DNA of 54,950 nt, counting the filler, from Limisphaerales bacterium (GTDB taxonomy: Bacteria; Verrucomicrobiota; Verrucomicrobiia; Limisphaerales; SIBE01): NCBI GenBank assembly GCA_044225505.1. It is 3 parts of 3 records of this genome, joined end to end, with 100 filler letters (N's around TTAATTAATTAA, not from the genome) between each part and the next. Parts side by side here need not be neighbours in the genome. Positions count along the whole stretch, not along the records: positions 1 to 18,250 come from JBGAIN010000160.1; positions 18,351 to 36,596 come from JBGAIN010000161.1; 1 more part is not named here. One strand, 5' to 3'. The notes under the pieces are model-generated. The model made no database searches. It had not been told where the DNA came from and saw only the letters and a program-made list of their open reading frames with translations. This document shows positions 12,201-21,113 of the stretch, piece after piece; the first letter of the stretch is position 1; each line of letters begins with the position of its first letter. Both the position numbers and the translations under genes were made by a program.

Positions 12201-13385
12201 TTGGCTCTTGTTGCGGACAACCGCGTTCCCGATGGCTTGTCCGGAACTTTAGTCTTCCCGGTTGCGTCAGGCACGAACTACCAAATCGTAGTGGACGAGG
12301 AGGTCAGCGCGTTCTCGTGTACGGTCAGGCTGCAGCCGGTGGTTGCCCCAACGAACGATTTCTTTGCGCGACGAATGGTTCTGCCTGGCACACCGCAGAT
12401 GATGGTTAGCTCGACCATCGGTGCAACCTCTGAACCAGGTGAACCGGACCATGTCGGGCTAGGGAAACCACCGCAGTCGGTGTGGTTTACCTGGACGCCG
12501 CGAACGTCGACTCGCGTGTCGTTGCTGGCAGGCGCTAGCGCAGGAGTAGGATCCGTTGCGTCCGAGGGGATGGCAGTGTCACCGGAGCCTTATGTGTCGA
12601 TCTACACTGGGACATCCCTTGCGGAACTGACGCCTGTCAGTGGAGGCACTGGCTCGGCCACATGGAACGCAGAACGAAACATAGCGTATCAAATTGCCAT
12701 TGACTGTTCGCAAAGTGGCCCACAGCAACTTGTCTTATCGACTGTTGTTGTGCCGAATAACGATCAGTTCGAGCGCGCTAGCGTTATGCTGGATTCGACT
12801 TCGTTAATTCTTCTTAACCCGTCCCAGCTTCGCGCCGCGACGCGACAACCCGAGGAGCCCGTGCACCGCGGCGTGGGTAGTGGGCATTCGTTGTGGTGGA
12901 CTTGGACGCCGCGTCGTTCGGGGATCTACATACTGAGTGATCGCAAAACGAGTTACCTTCCCTACGGCAATGGGATTCGTCCCGTCGAAACCATTTATCG
13001 CGGAACGAACCTGGCAAACCTGACAAGTGTTGCGAGTAACTCACGGGGAACCGTTCAATTTGCGGCGGAGGCAGGGATACGGTATTACCTGGCGATTGAT
13101 CTAGACGAGCCGAGCATCCCGCTTCAGTTTTCGATGTCGGGGAGCCTCAGCGTAGATCTTTACCGCCAGCCAATGGTTCTAAACGCAGCCACCGCGCCTG
13201 CGGACAATATTCAGTTTGCGGTGGTCGGAGCCCCCGGTCAGCGACTGAGCTTGGAAACCTCCGCAGATTTGGTCCAATGGGTACCGATCCGGACCGTTCA
13301 AGTCTCTTCCGTCGAATTTAAGTTTCGCGAATTGCGCGGTTCGGAGGCCAAGTTCTACCGTGTCATTCCGTTGACGTCACCGTGA
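9210..13385 (+). CDS. Large secreted metzincin (reprolysin-like) zinc protease with Ig-like domain and six ~125-aa repeats
   Basis: Propeptide Cys (PPACG), IEVMVVYT, HEFGHNFGCDH zinc motif, Met-turn (TLMCY), Ig-like VEFFDNG, six NDxF...AT.E.GEP...W.W modules, C-terminal LETSADLVQW...KFYRV. Confidence 0.88.
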   Translation: MDHRNPTETVVDTKRFAQARFVNLFSFNIVAALCLWLCGWGLEAGAVGGDEMALGPAEMRDEPLFLTSSTVQPAAAPRFTRGISRRRIGLLNPVAARALQSSAPEIAVTLDLRPGGLQRLQTDATGRTDRGVHWISGTLEGSPTSQFFLADAGGELVGSFSLPGTGAYRVRSSGTTYELLDLNVVEPPACGTVKSPPLEPESSAVAKFGWQPVSLGSSANGEEPRQIEVMVVYTRQAKEAAGGSAAIEVLIQIGLLEANSAFQSSRSGVELHLVHAVELNFPESGDLNLDLARLRAPGDGYLDDVHAVRDTVGADLVCLVVESSNRYEGIASFPEGPESGFCVVDRFHLTGYGIVAHEFGHNFGCDHDRENRAGGGRFGYSFGHRLDVDGETYRTLMCYSPGWPIGYFSNPEVNFRGSPTGVPAGERDEADNARTIREMALFVDSYRGLNVSLTEPSAPLSLPFGASVELAAVATSSEGPIQGVEFFDNGSLVGQAEQEPFRTVWSPTKAGRHLLTARVTTSGMQATSTAVTVGLRPENDDFARRPLLTDSNIVLTASLSEATVEAGEPLTFEESGGTAWWTWRSPAAGTVRVAAASPGVKPRVAVYQGSDLADLRLVAKFGPPAGDTLFETAAGQDYQISLQAGGEDRPVTLYVTMEDPPANDNFANALPVAQSTAALIANTVGATREKGETAIALSTFGHTVWYAWAPPATGQAKISLGPSQTGVTGALAVFEGSDLPSLRIVATPAELSQGILVSAGKRYWIQVDGPYGEFPLNVSLVGTPKNDNFAQRIALTSMAGYLTFSSAGATREPGEPVHGNAPGGRSQWWSWRAAADGGLRMTLMAPIASDNPIPISVAVYWGNSVTNLTLVAAHDFENRFQESWVLPVLRGTNYQIAVDGVPLSSSSPGLRMEFRQRASNDAFRARVSGVVIPTQFSGTTMGATSEPGEPDHAGLPARHSVWWSWSFRTNGLMAALVSSSGSVLPRLAVYSGTVLTNLALVADNRVPDGLSGTLVFPVASGTNYQIVVDEEVSAFSCTVRLQPVVAPTNDFFARRMVLPGTPQMMVSSTIGATSEPGEPDHVGLGKPPQSVWFTWTPRTSTRVSLLAGASAGVGSVASEGMAVSPEPYVSIYTGTSLAELTPVSGGTGSATWNAERNIAYQIAIDCSQSGPQQLVLSTVVVPNNDQFERASVMLDSTSLILLNPSQLRAATRQPEEPVHRGVGSGHSLWWTWTPRRSGIYILSDRKTSYLPYGNGIRPVETIYRGTNLANLTSVASNSRGTVQFAAEAGIRYYLAIDLDEPSIPLQFSMSGSLSVDLYRQPMVLNAATAPADNIQFAVVGAPGQRLSLETSADLVQWVPIRTVQVSSVEFKFRELRGSEAKFYRVIPLTSP

Positions 13386-13490
13386 CCTGTGGGATCGATC
13401 ATCGCTGTTGTTCAGAACCACGAAACGAGCGATGACCAGGCTATCTCGGAAGCCGGCGGTGGCGGGCGGTGTTCTTCGCCCCGGTATCGA

Positions 13491-14637
13491 CTAACCTTCG
13501 TCATCGTCTTTCACTGACGCCATTCGCTTGGTCGGGCCTCCCGCTCGGAGCCAGCCGTTTACGAACTCGTCCAAATCACCGTCCATCACGGCTTGCACAT
13601 TGCTCGTCTGAATCCCTGTGCGCAGATCCTTGACCATGCGATAAGGCTGGAAAACATAGCTTCGAATCTGATTCCCCCATGAGATTTGACCCTTTTCACC
13701 GTAGAACTTCTCCATGTCGGCTTTTTGCGAATCCTGCCGCTGAGCATAGAGTTTGGAGAGGAGTAATCGCATTGCGGTCGCCCGATTCTGGTGTTGTGAA
13801 CGTTGATTTTGAGAAGCGGCCACCAAACCGGTCGGTAAGTGAGTAATTCGTACCGCCGTTTCGACCTTATTTACGTTTTGGCCACCCTTACCGCCCGATC
13901 GGAATGTATCCACCTGGAGTTCCACCGGCGGAATGACGATTTCTCCTTCCTCCTCGATCTCGGCAATCACGTCGACACTCGCGAAGCTGGTGTGGCGCCT
14001 TTTATTTGAATCGAACGGCGAAATGCGGACCAACCGATGAACCCCACGTTCAGCCTTGCAGAAGCCGTAGGCATTCTCGCCTGTAATGAGGATGGTCACA
14101 CTCTTGATCCCGGCGGCTTCGCCCGCGAGTGCGTCTGTCACTTCAACCTCCCACCCGCGCGATTCGCACCAACGCTGATACATTCGCAAGAGCATATTCG
14201 CCCAATCGCAGCTCTCGGTTCCGCCGGCTCCTGCGTTAATACTAAAAATGCAGTTGTTCTTGTCGTGCGGTCCGTTCAGAAATACGCTCAGCTCGAGAGC
14301 GATTAGATTCTTCGAAAACCTCGCTAGATCTTGTTCCAACTCTTGCTGAACTTGGGCCTGGGCGGACTCGGGCTCGCTCTCTCCGAGCTCCACCATGACT
14401 CTAAAATCGTCCAGCTGCTTTCCGGCCTGAATTAAGGGATCCGCCTTTTTGCGCAACGCTCCGGCTTCATCAATTAGCTTTTGCGCTTGATCTCGATTAT
14501 TCCAAAAAGTGTCGCCCGCCATTAGGGCGTCCAACTCGGCCAAGCGTTTCTGCGCGCCCGGGACGTCAAAGAAACCTCCGCAAATGGGCCAATTTGTCTC
14601 CTAAGCTGGAAATCTGGACTTTAATGACGTCAAACAT
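13491..14637 (-). CDS. prfB: Peptide chain release factor 2 with programmed +1 frameshift
   Basis: ATG at 14637 gives [23 protein letters not shown], then CTT-TGA-C (14571-14565); the +1 frame continues [16 protein letters not shown] into the ORF with SPF and GGQ motifs. Confidence 0.97.
14565..14580 (-). promoter_or_regulatory. RF2 +1 frameshift cassette (internal SD + CTTTGAC)
   Basis: Minus strand reads CGGAGG TTT CTT TGA C, the canonical prfB autoregulatory site. Confidence 0.95.
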
Positions 14638-14825
14638 AAACGGGGCCAATTTACGGAAATTTCGAGCTTTGCCTAGGGATTTTCACATTTGTTCTGAGTT
14701 GTGGCGCCCGAGGAGCCTGGGCTCTTTCCGCTTAGCGTTTAGACAGTTTTACGATGGAGCCAACGCCGCCGAGTGTAACAGATTGGACTTTGACGACTCG
14801 ACGAGCTAATCATGGCGGAACCAGC

Positions 14826-15284
14826 ATGAATGTTCCCGAGATGATGCTCTGGCGCCGCTGCGCCCTCCTCGCAATAAATTTATTATTCTTAATGGTTTGG
14901 GGATTTACCAGCCTCGACAAACTCGTTCATGGAATACCTCCCTGGTTCTCTGACAAGTTCGGAAAGACGTTTCTCGCGACCTTTCCGGGCTTAAGCGCAG
15001 GGTTTTGGATCCTCGCGGGGGCGGAACTCGTCGGATTCGGCTTGGCAATTGCGGCCTTACTAGCGGGTGAATTTCTCGGACGGCGTCCTTTAAGGTGCCT
15101 AACGTGGATGCTCGTTTGGAGCCTCTTTGTGTTCGTGCAGCTCGGGTTTGGGCAATGGTTAACCTCTGAATACAATGGGACGGCGCAGCTGTTTACTTAC
15201 TTTTGCGGGACGGTGATAACGCTACAATTCGTGACCTCGTCGATGCAGTCTGAATCGGTGGCGGGCCCTCCCAGAACCAGCTAA
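14826..15284 (+). CDS. DoxX-like membrane protein
   Basis: Four hydrophobic segments, FTSLDKL, GAELVGF, FGQWLT. Start at ATG 14826, divergent from prfB. Confidence 0.65.
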   Translation: MNVPEMMLWRRCALLAINLLFLMVWGFTSLDKLVHGIPPWFSDKFGKTFLATFPGLSAGFWILAGAELVGFGLAIAALLAGEFLGRRPLRCLTWMLVWSLFVFVQLGFGQWLTSEYNGTAQLFTYFCGTVITLQFVTSSMQSESVAGPPRTS

Positions 15285-15477
15285 TGGAGCTTTGAGAAGA
15301 GGCTAAGTATCAGGTTGGGGCAGGAGCCGAAGACGAGAGGTTGGGTCGAAGCGTTCAGCGAAGGTGTTCAATTGCCAGTTTTCGGCGGAAGAATCTGACG
15401 TCCATGGAGCTAGCAGATTTTGAGTGCGTGCGAAACTAAAGCGGGTATGTTATGCCCCATTACCGGGATCCTGATTT

Positions 15478-15807
15478 ATGAAAAGACTGAACGTTACTCT
15501 GGCGGTGCTTTTGGCGACTGGCCTGCTGGTAATTCCGTTCACGGCCGCCGCCGCCGAAAAGAAGGCTGAGATCGAGCCGCCAAAGAAACTGAAAGCGAAA
15601 CCATATCTCCGGAAAACTTGCATCGTGTCGGACGAAACGTTCGGCGGAGTTATGGGCGAGCCCAATGCCATAACTTACAAAGACCGCGAGATAAAGTTCG
15701 GCGGTAAGGACTGCAAAAAAGACTTCGACAAGGAGCCCGCGAAATTCATCAAGAAACTCGAGGCGGCCGAGGCCAAGGGTTCGAAATGGAATGTTGTTCT
15801 TGGGTAG
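15478..15807 (+). CDS. Small exported YHS/TRASH-like protein
   Basis: Signal peptide; KPY..KTCIVSDE...MGEP...YKDREIKFGGKDCKKDFDKEPAKFI matches the YHS-like pattern but has GG where CC is usual. Confidence 0.7.
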   Translation: MKRLNVTLAVLLATGLLVIPFTAAAAEKKAEIEPPKKLKAKPYLRKTCIVSDETFGGVMGEPNAITYKDREIKFGGKDCKKDFDKEPAKFIKKLEAAEAKGSKWNVVLG

Positions 15808-15887
15808 CGACGGATAGGTCGAGCGTTCGGGATGTTATTCTCCCACTGATCCAAGATTGCGAGCCAAGACCACCGCAAGGGAATTCG

Positions 15888-16709
15888 ATGTATCGTTCAT
15901 TCCGGCAAATTCGCATGACCGCACCAGCTTTTGCGTTATTGGTCGGCGCCGGATTGGCCGTGGCTGTGGTGGTATTCATGGCGAGCCGCTCCGCAAGCGG
16001 CCTAGGGGGTGTGGGAGGGGCGGTTGTGGATTCCGACTCAGCCCGCGACTCGGCTGTGGCTGGTGTGACCGCGAAAGCACCGTTGTTGTCCGATGAAGTT
16101 TCACACCTGGAAGTTGCGCGGGCAGTGATGGTCACTGTGGAGTTGGACCTCGGACCGAAGACGTCGAGCGTCTCGGATGCGTTGAGCCAAATTGAGCGTC
16201 AATCAAAGCCGGACGACGGAAAAGGGAGAACTTTTTCGATCCTCGATGCGTATGGCGAACCTACCCGGGCCGGTAAGCTTCACCTCTCGATGCACGTCAG
16301 CGCCGAAAAACCCGGAGCGGCAGCGCTCGTATTTCGCCCAACGGGTGCACCTTTATGGAGAGCCCAAATCATCCAAGGGACGAATGCGCCAGCTCCTAAT
16401 TTTGCAGCGCAGGGACTGGTTATTTTGCTCGACAATGGCGCGGGACAGACAGTCACGGTCGATGGCTCCAATCAACCGCGTTCGATCTTGGATGCGCGCG
16501 TGAAAGAAATGGGAGTATCAGTCGGAGAAATCTGGCCAGACGGAAGCCAGCGGCAATGCACCTTTCTATATAGCGCGTGTGGGTGTCCGGTCAAAGTGAT
16601 GGCATTGCGAGTTGGCGAAAAGACAGTTCGGACGAGCAACGTGCCGGTGATATTTCCGGATGACCCCGCCGTTGCTTCGGCCATTCAGCGAATCATGCGC
16701 TGGGAGTAA
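15888..16709 (+). CDS. Hypothetical protein with N-terminal membrane anchor and YSACGCP motif
   Basis: Long ORF with a hydrophobic N-terminal segment; start at ATG 15888 after AAGGGA. Confidence 0.7.
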   Translation: MYRSFRQIRMTAPAFALLVGAGLAVAVVVFMASRSASGLGGVGGAVVDSDSARDSAVAGVTAKAPLLSDEVSHLEVARAVMVTVELDLGPKTSSVSDALSQIERQSKPDDGKGRTFSILDAYGEPTRAGKLHLSMHVSAEKPGAAALVFRPTGAPLWRAQIIQGTNAPAPNFAAQGLVILLDNGAGQTVTVDGSNQPRSILDARVKEMGVSVGEIWPDGSQRQCTFLYSACGCPVKVMALRVGEKTVRTSNVPVIFPDDPAVASAIQRIMRWE

Positions 16710-16729
16710 TCGTATGGTCACTCGTTTAA

Positions 16730-17191
16730 TTGGTGAGCGCTAATGGGAAACAACTGAAACAGATCCATCAAGTCGTATTCGCGTTCCTCGTAACTGCTGT
16801 GTTCGGCCAGGCTTGGGCTGCTGAACCAGCCAAACGCACCGAATCGTCTGCGGTCAGCCCGGCTTCCAAACAGCCGTTCCACAACATCGGAGTTCAAGAG
16901 TTCGAAAAACTGCGCCGCAATCCCACCAACGTTGTGCTCGATGTTCGGACTCCCAAGGAGTTCGCGGCTGGACATGTTCCGGGAGCGGTCAATCTCGACG
17001 TCAATAGCGCGGATTTCGAAAAGAAAGCCGCCGTCCTGGATCCGAAAAAGACTTACTTAGTGCACTGTGGAGCGGGTGTTCGCTCGGTTAAAGCGTGCGA
17101 GAAAATGAGCAAGCTGAAGCTGGTCGAATTGTATAATTTGGAAGGGGGCTTTAAGGCTTGGGAGAGCGCCGGGCATAAAGCGGAGCGGTAA
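16730..17191 (+). CDS. Exported rhodanese-domain protein
   Basis: VLDVRTPKEFAAGHVPGAVN, HCGAGVRS, LEGGFKAW; signal-peptide-like N-terminus. Start uncertain. Confidence 0.9.
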   Translation: MVSANGKQLKQIHQVVFAFLVTAVFGQAWAAEPAKRTESSAVSPASKQPFHNIGVQEFEKLRRNPTNVVLDVRTPKEFAAGHVPGAVNLDVNSADFEKKAAVLDPKKTYLVHCGAGVRSVKACEKMSKLKLVELYNLEGGFKAWESAGHKAER

Positions 17192-17302
17192 TGGATCCAT
17201 TCAGTGGGACCTGAGTCGATCGTTGCGAACGCGACGCGCGGGGAGGATCTGCGAGAGACTGGATCGACTCTGGAAGGTTCTCCCTCCGATAGATTTCCTG
17301 TA

Positions 17303-17821
17303 ATGGAAGAATTTCCGATCATCGATTTACAGAGCGATCACTATTTCATGGGTGAGGCGCTTCGACAGGCGGCCCGCGCATATCAAGGCGAGGAAGTCCC
17401 TATCGGCGCCGTTGTGGTTCGATCGGGAAGGATCATCGCCCGCGCGTATAACCAGGTCGAATTACTCAAAGATGCAACCGCCCATGCTGAAATGCTCGCG
17501 ATCACGCAGGCGGAGAATGTCGTTGGAGACTGGCGGTTGACAGATTGTACACTCTACGTGACGAAGGAGCCTTGCCCGATGTGCGCCGGAGCGGCTGTGC
17601 ATGCTCGCCTAAAGCGTATTGTGTTTGGCGCGTCGGATTTGAAAAGCGGGGCTGGCGGTGGGGTGCTGAACCTTCTCCAATTTCCGTCTTTTAATCATCG
17701 GTGCGACATCAGTCGCGGCGTGCGGGAGGAGGAGTGCCGATCATTGCTGCAAGGGTTTTTCGTGGAGCAGCGAGCCAAGAAGCGACTCGGTGGGCAGATG
17801 GAAGACGGAGAGGATTCGTGA
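17303..17821 (+). CDS. tadA: tRNA adenosine(34) deaminase
   Basis: EVPIGAVVV, DATAHAE, EPCPMCAGA, FNHR. Start taken at ATG 17303. Confidence 0.92.
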   Translation: MEEFPIIDLQSDHYFMGEALRQAARAYQGEEVPIGAVVVRSGRIIARAYNQVELLKDATAHAEMLAITQAENVVGDWRLTDCTLYVTKEPCPMCAGAAVHARLKRIVFGASDLKSGAGGGVLNLLQFPSFNHRCDISRGVREEECRSLLQGFFVEQRAKKRLGGQMEDGEDS

Positions 17822-18111
17822 GGACCAGGTGTTTCGGGCCAACCGCACCGAGCCCTTTGTCGCATCGAGGTTTATGCATGTTGCGGTTCAGCTTCTTCTG
17901 CCCTTCTTCAATTCGTCGCCGTGGCAAAGCCAGAACGATGTTTGGCAGGGCGTGTCTTAGCCTTGAGAGCCAGACTGAGTGTGGTTGAAAAACTCGGACC
18001 TCTGCAGGTTAGGGAGCACGGTGCGGCACTCCAACCCCAAGTAGATCCAGTTCCGGTCACACGTGTCCTTCGAGCGGATCACGAGTAATTGCATTGTCCA
18101 GAGACGCAACC

Positions 18112-18250
18112 GGGCGCACGACAAAATTGTGAGAAAGAGTGGAAATAGAAGGGTTTAGGCTTGAAAGATGTCTATATGCTAGACATTCTTCTTAGCCATG
18201 AACTCGCTGGCTCATAAAAGGAAGCAACTCCTGCAGGAGATGGAACAAAT
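18112..18250 (+). mobile_element. Probable IS left end (ISKra4-like) with start of accessory ORF, truncated by contig end
   Basis: GGGCGCACGACAAAATTGTGAGA resembles ISKra4-type termini as recalled; AT-richer promoter region; ATG 18198 MNSLAHKRKQLLQEMEQ resembles the DUF6788-like ORFs that precede such transposases; a contig break here is typical of a repeat. No transposase is visible. Confidence 0.5.
18161..18189 (+). promoter_or_regulatory. Putative sigma70 promoter overlapped by an inverted repeat
   Basis: TTGAAA-N17-CATTCT, containing the dyad ATGTCTA-N5-TAGACAT (18168-18186), just upstream of ATG 18198. Confidence 0.45.
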
Positions 18251-18350
18251 NNNNNNNNNNNNNNNNNNNNNNNNNNNNNNNNNNNNNNNNNNNNTTAATT
18301 AATTAANNNNNNNNNNNNNNNNNNNNNNNNNNNNNNNNNNNNNNNNNNNN
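18251..18350. other. Artificial contig linker
   Basis: N44-TTAATTAATTAA-N44 (stops in all six frames). Confidence 0.99.
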
Positions 18351-19600
18351 AGTGCCTCACGCCGCCACAGATTGGAATGCTCTACCAGCGAAACGGAGAA
18401 GCCAGCCTTTTCCGTCGCAAACGTCACGCCCTGGATTTTCCGAGTATTTCCCACGCCAGCCAAGCTCAACGATTCCGTCCGCGATCCAGGCTGGCACACA
18501 GCCACTAACATACTGTCGCCGCCCTGCCGGAGTCCGACAAACCACTGTGCCGAAGGAAGCTTCCACTCCCTCGTCCCGGTCAAGTCGAGCGGATTGTAAC
18601 AAAGGTCTGTCCCGACAAATGACGGGAGGAGACCGTAATTCAGTTCGCTATCTTCAATTCGAAATTTCGCGACGTTTTGTGGATCGATCCCAATCACGCC
18701 CCGGGGTGATAGCCACGCCGTGTAGGCACGGTCCCCGGCTGCCTCGGTCACATGAACCCCAATCTGACCGTTCGATTTTACATAAGAAGCCTTTGCTCCG
18801 GCGAAGGCAGGAGCTGGAAGAATTGCGCCGCGCGAGGCGATTGATTGCCCAAGCAAAGCGTAAAGGCGAACGGCCCCGTCCTCCAGCCGTATTTCCCCCG
18901 CAACTTGCCGATCACGAAAAACGGGCCTGCCTGCAAACACACGGGCAGGCTCCTCAATGACTGACCAAGCCGCAGTCTGTGTCCAGTCAAGATTGCTGTT
19001 CAAATTCTTGCCTGCGTCCCAAACCGTAGGCGTTGGGGTGTCCGTGGCTTGATAACGGGTCAACTCACAATCGTCCACGATCACTGGCGCTTTCATTTCC
19101 GACGTGCCGCCGTGATATTTGCGGTACTCGCTCGACATCCCTCCAATGACCAAGTTGAACGTTCCAGGACGATCCAGGGGGCAAAAAGCTTCCAGCGAAA
19201 TCCAGCGATCCTTTGGAACCTTTAGATCCGTATAAGCAAAGGCAACCGCAGGTTGATCAGGATCCTGTAACACCAGGCTGATCGATTGGTCCGCCTCAGA
19301 CTTGACCCAGCAACGCGCCACGTAAGCGCCCGAAGCCACGCCCGTAACGCGTTGTTCGACGGAGGTGTTTCCTGTGAGATACAGACCGAAATGCCCACTG
19401 TGACCCGCACCGTCCCGTAGCCCTGGACGCCCCTGATTGTCGCCTCGAACCGACCAGCCAGGCACATTTCCATCAAGGGTCGCGACTTCCTCAAAACCAG
19501 CATTAGTTAAGAGATTTTCGGAACCTCGGAGGCGCAACGGTTGAGAGAACAAGAGCAAAGCCTCAACAAAGAGAACAAGGAATCGGTAGTCTTCAGCCAT
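18351..19600 (-). CDS. Exported hypothetical protein with N-terminal CBM4/9-like domain (3' truncated at linker)
   Basis: Hydrophobic N-terminus, then ENLLTNAGFEE...PGWS...HSGHFGL...YVARCWVKS...VDDCEL. Start at ATG 19600. Confidence 0.7.
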
Positions 19601-20087
19601 GGCCCCCAAATCTAGCGATATCCCTGGCCTACTGACAATTGAGATTATCGAAAGCACCTCGGTGAAGTATCCATGCGGCGCTGCTCCAACCGCAGGCAAG
19701 AACGCGCGTTGATCGCCCTGAAAAGGTGTTCCCGTCTTTAAAGGGTACATCAATGATAAAGCTGGAGGGCGAGCAACGTCATCCGACCTTTGTCCCAGGA
19801 CCCCTGCCAACAGATAAACTCCGAGGCTTTGCGTTGCAGAGCGTTTTCTGGATATGTTTTCAAGACGCCACGAAGTTCGGTTTGCCAATTTGGATAGCCA
19901 CTGGTTATCAGTCTGTTAGACACATAGAGTCACGCTTCCAGCAGTCTTTGGAACTGAAACTCGGCAACTTCTTTTGAACATAAATCGCCCCGGGACGTCG
20001 AAGCTTTGCTGTGCAAAGTCGTTTTACTTTTTCGCCTACGCTTTCGTCCGGTTGCCTTGGTTACAAAGGCAGCCCCGGACTAATCCT

Positions 20088-20933
20088 ATGACACGCCGAC
20101 ATTTTCTGCGCCGATCCGCCGCCCTTTCCTCGATCGCCCTTGGGGTCGGATTCTACGCCTGGCGATGGGAGCCGCACTGGGTAGAGTTCGTCAATCGCCC
20201 GTTACCGATTGCCCATTTACCGGAAGCACTGCGTGGGAAGCGCCTGATCCAGCTCAGCGATCTGCACATCGGTCGGCAAGTGGACGACGGTTATCTGCTC
20301 GAAACATTCGATCGGGTCCGGGAGTTAACCGCGGATATCGTGGTCTATACCGGTGATTTTGTGAGTTATGAAGGCGATCAGCTGGCCCATTTACGACGGC
20401 TTTTTGGCCAGTTACCTCGCGGTCGGCGTGGGACGGTTGGCGTTCTTGGCAACCATGATTACGGCGGCGGCTGGTCGCGACTTCAAGTAGCGGCGCAACT
20501 GGTAGATCTCGGTTCCTCCTCGGGAGTGACGATTTTGCGCAACTCGGTCGTCGAAATCGATGGCCTCCAAATCGTTGGTTTAGACGAGTATTGGGCGCAT
20601 CAATTTCATCCGGAGCGAGTATTACCCAAGTTGAACACGACGAGGGCAGCATTAGCCTTAGCGCACAACCCGGACACGGCCGATCAGCCGGGCTGGGGCG
20701 ATTACCGTGGCTGGCTTCTCTGCGGTCACACGCACGGTGGACAATGCAAACCGCCCTTCTTACCTGCGCCGTTGCTGCCGGTCAAAAACCGCCGGTATCA
20801 GGCAGGCGAGTATGAGCTGACCAACGGCCGTCGAATGTATATCAATCGCGGACTCGGCCACCTACTCCAAGTGCGGTTCAACGTCCGACCGGAGGTAACC
20901 GTTTTTACCCTGGAACCATTGGCCATGACTTAG
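20088..20933 (+). CDS. Tat-exported calcineurin-like metallophosphoesterase (YkuE/YaeI-like)
   Basis: MTRRHFL Tat motif; SDLH, TGDFV, GNHD, AHNPD, GHTHGGQ. Confidence 0.92.
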   Translation: MTRRHFLRRSAALSSIALGVGFYAWRWEPHWVEFVNRPLPIAHLPEALRGKRLIQLSDLHIGRQVDDGYLLETFDRVRELTADIVVYTGDFVSYEGDQLAHLRRLFGQLPRGRRGTVGVLGNHDYGGGWSRLQVAAQLVDLGSSSGVTILRNSVVEIDGLQIVGLDEYWAHQFHPERVLPKLNTTRAALALAHNPDTADQPGWGDYRGWLLCGHTHGGQCKPPFLPAPLLPVKNRRYQAGEYELTNGRRMYINRGLGHLLQVRFNVRPEVTVFTLEPLAMT

Positions 20934-21113
20934 ACCACAAACTCTCGCGAGGAGGGACATAAGGAGACTTGGTTCGACACAACCTTCGCGGAGCTGTCTC
21001 CAGCCCTCGAACTCACCGGCTATTGTGCCTAAGAATCGCCGACACCCCCGACGATCAAGACCGGCACGGCATGGAGTGCTTTAGACGCATCGGACATTAA
21101 ATTAACGGAGCGG

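Noticed and set aside
13491..14543. prfB as a truncated gene or pseudogene
   Set aside because: Fully explained by the programmed +1 frameshift.
17822..18111. Short ORFs between tadA and the IS-like end
   Set aside because: No recognisable motifs or convincing starts.
18251..18350. TTAATTAATTAA palindrome within N runs (also 36597-36696)
   Set aside because: Synthetic six-frame stop linker; gene adjacency across it is not biological.
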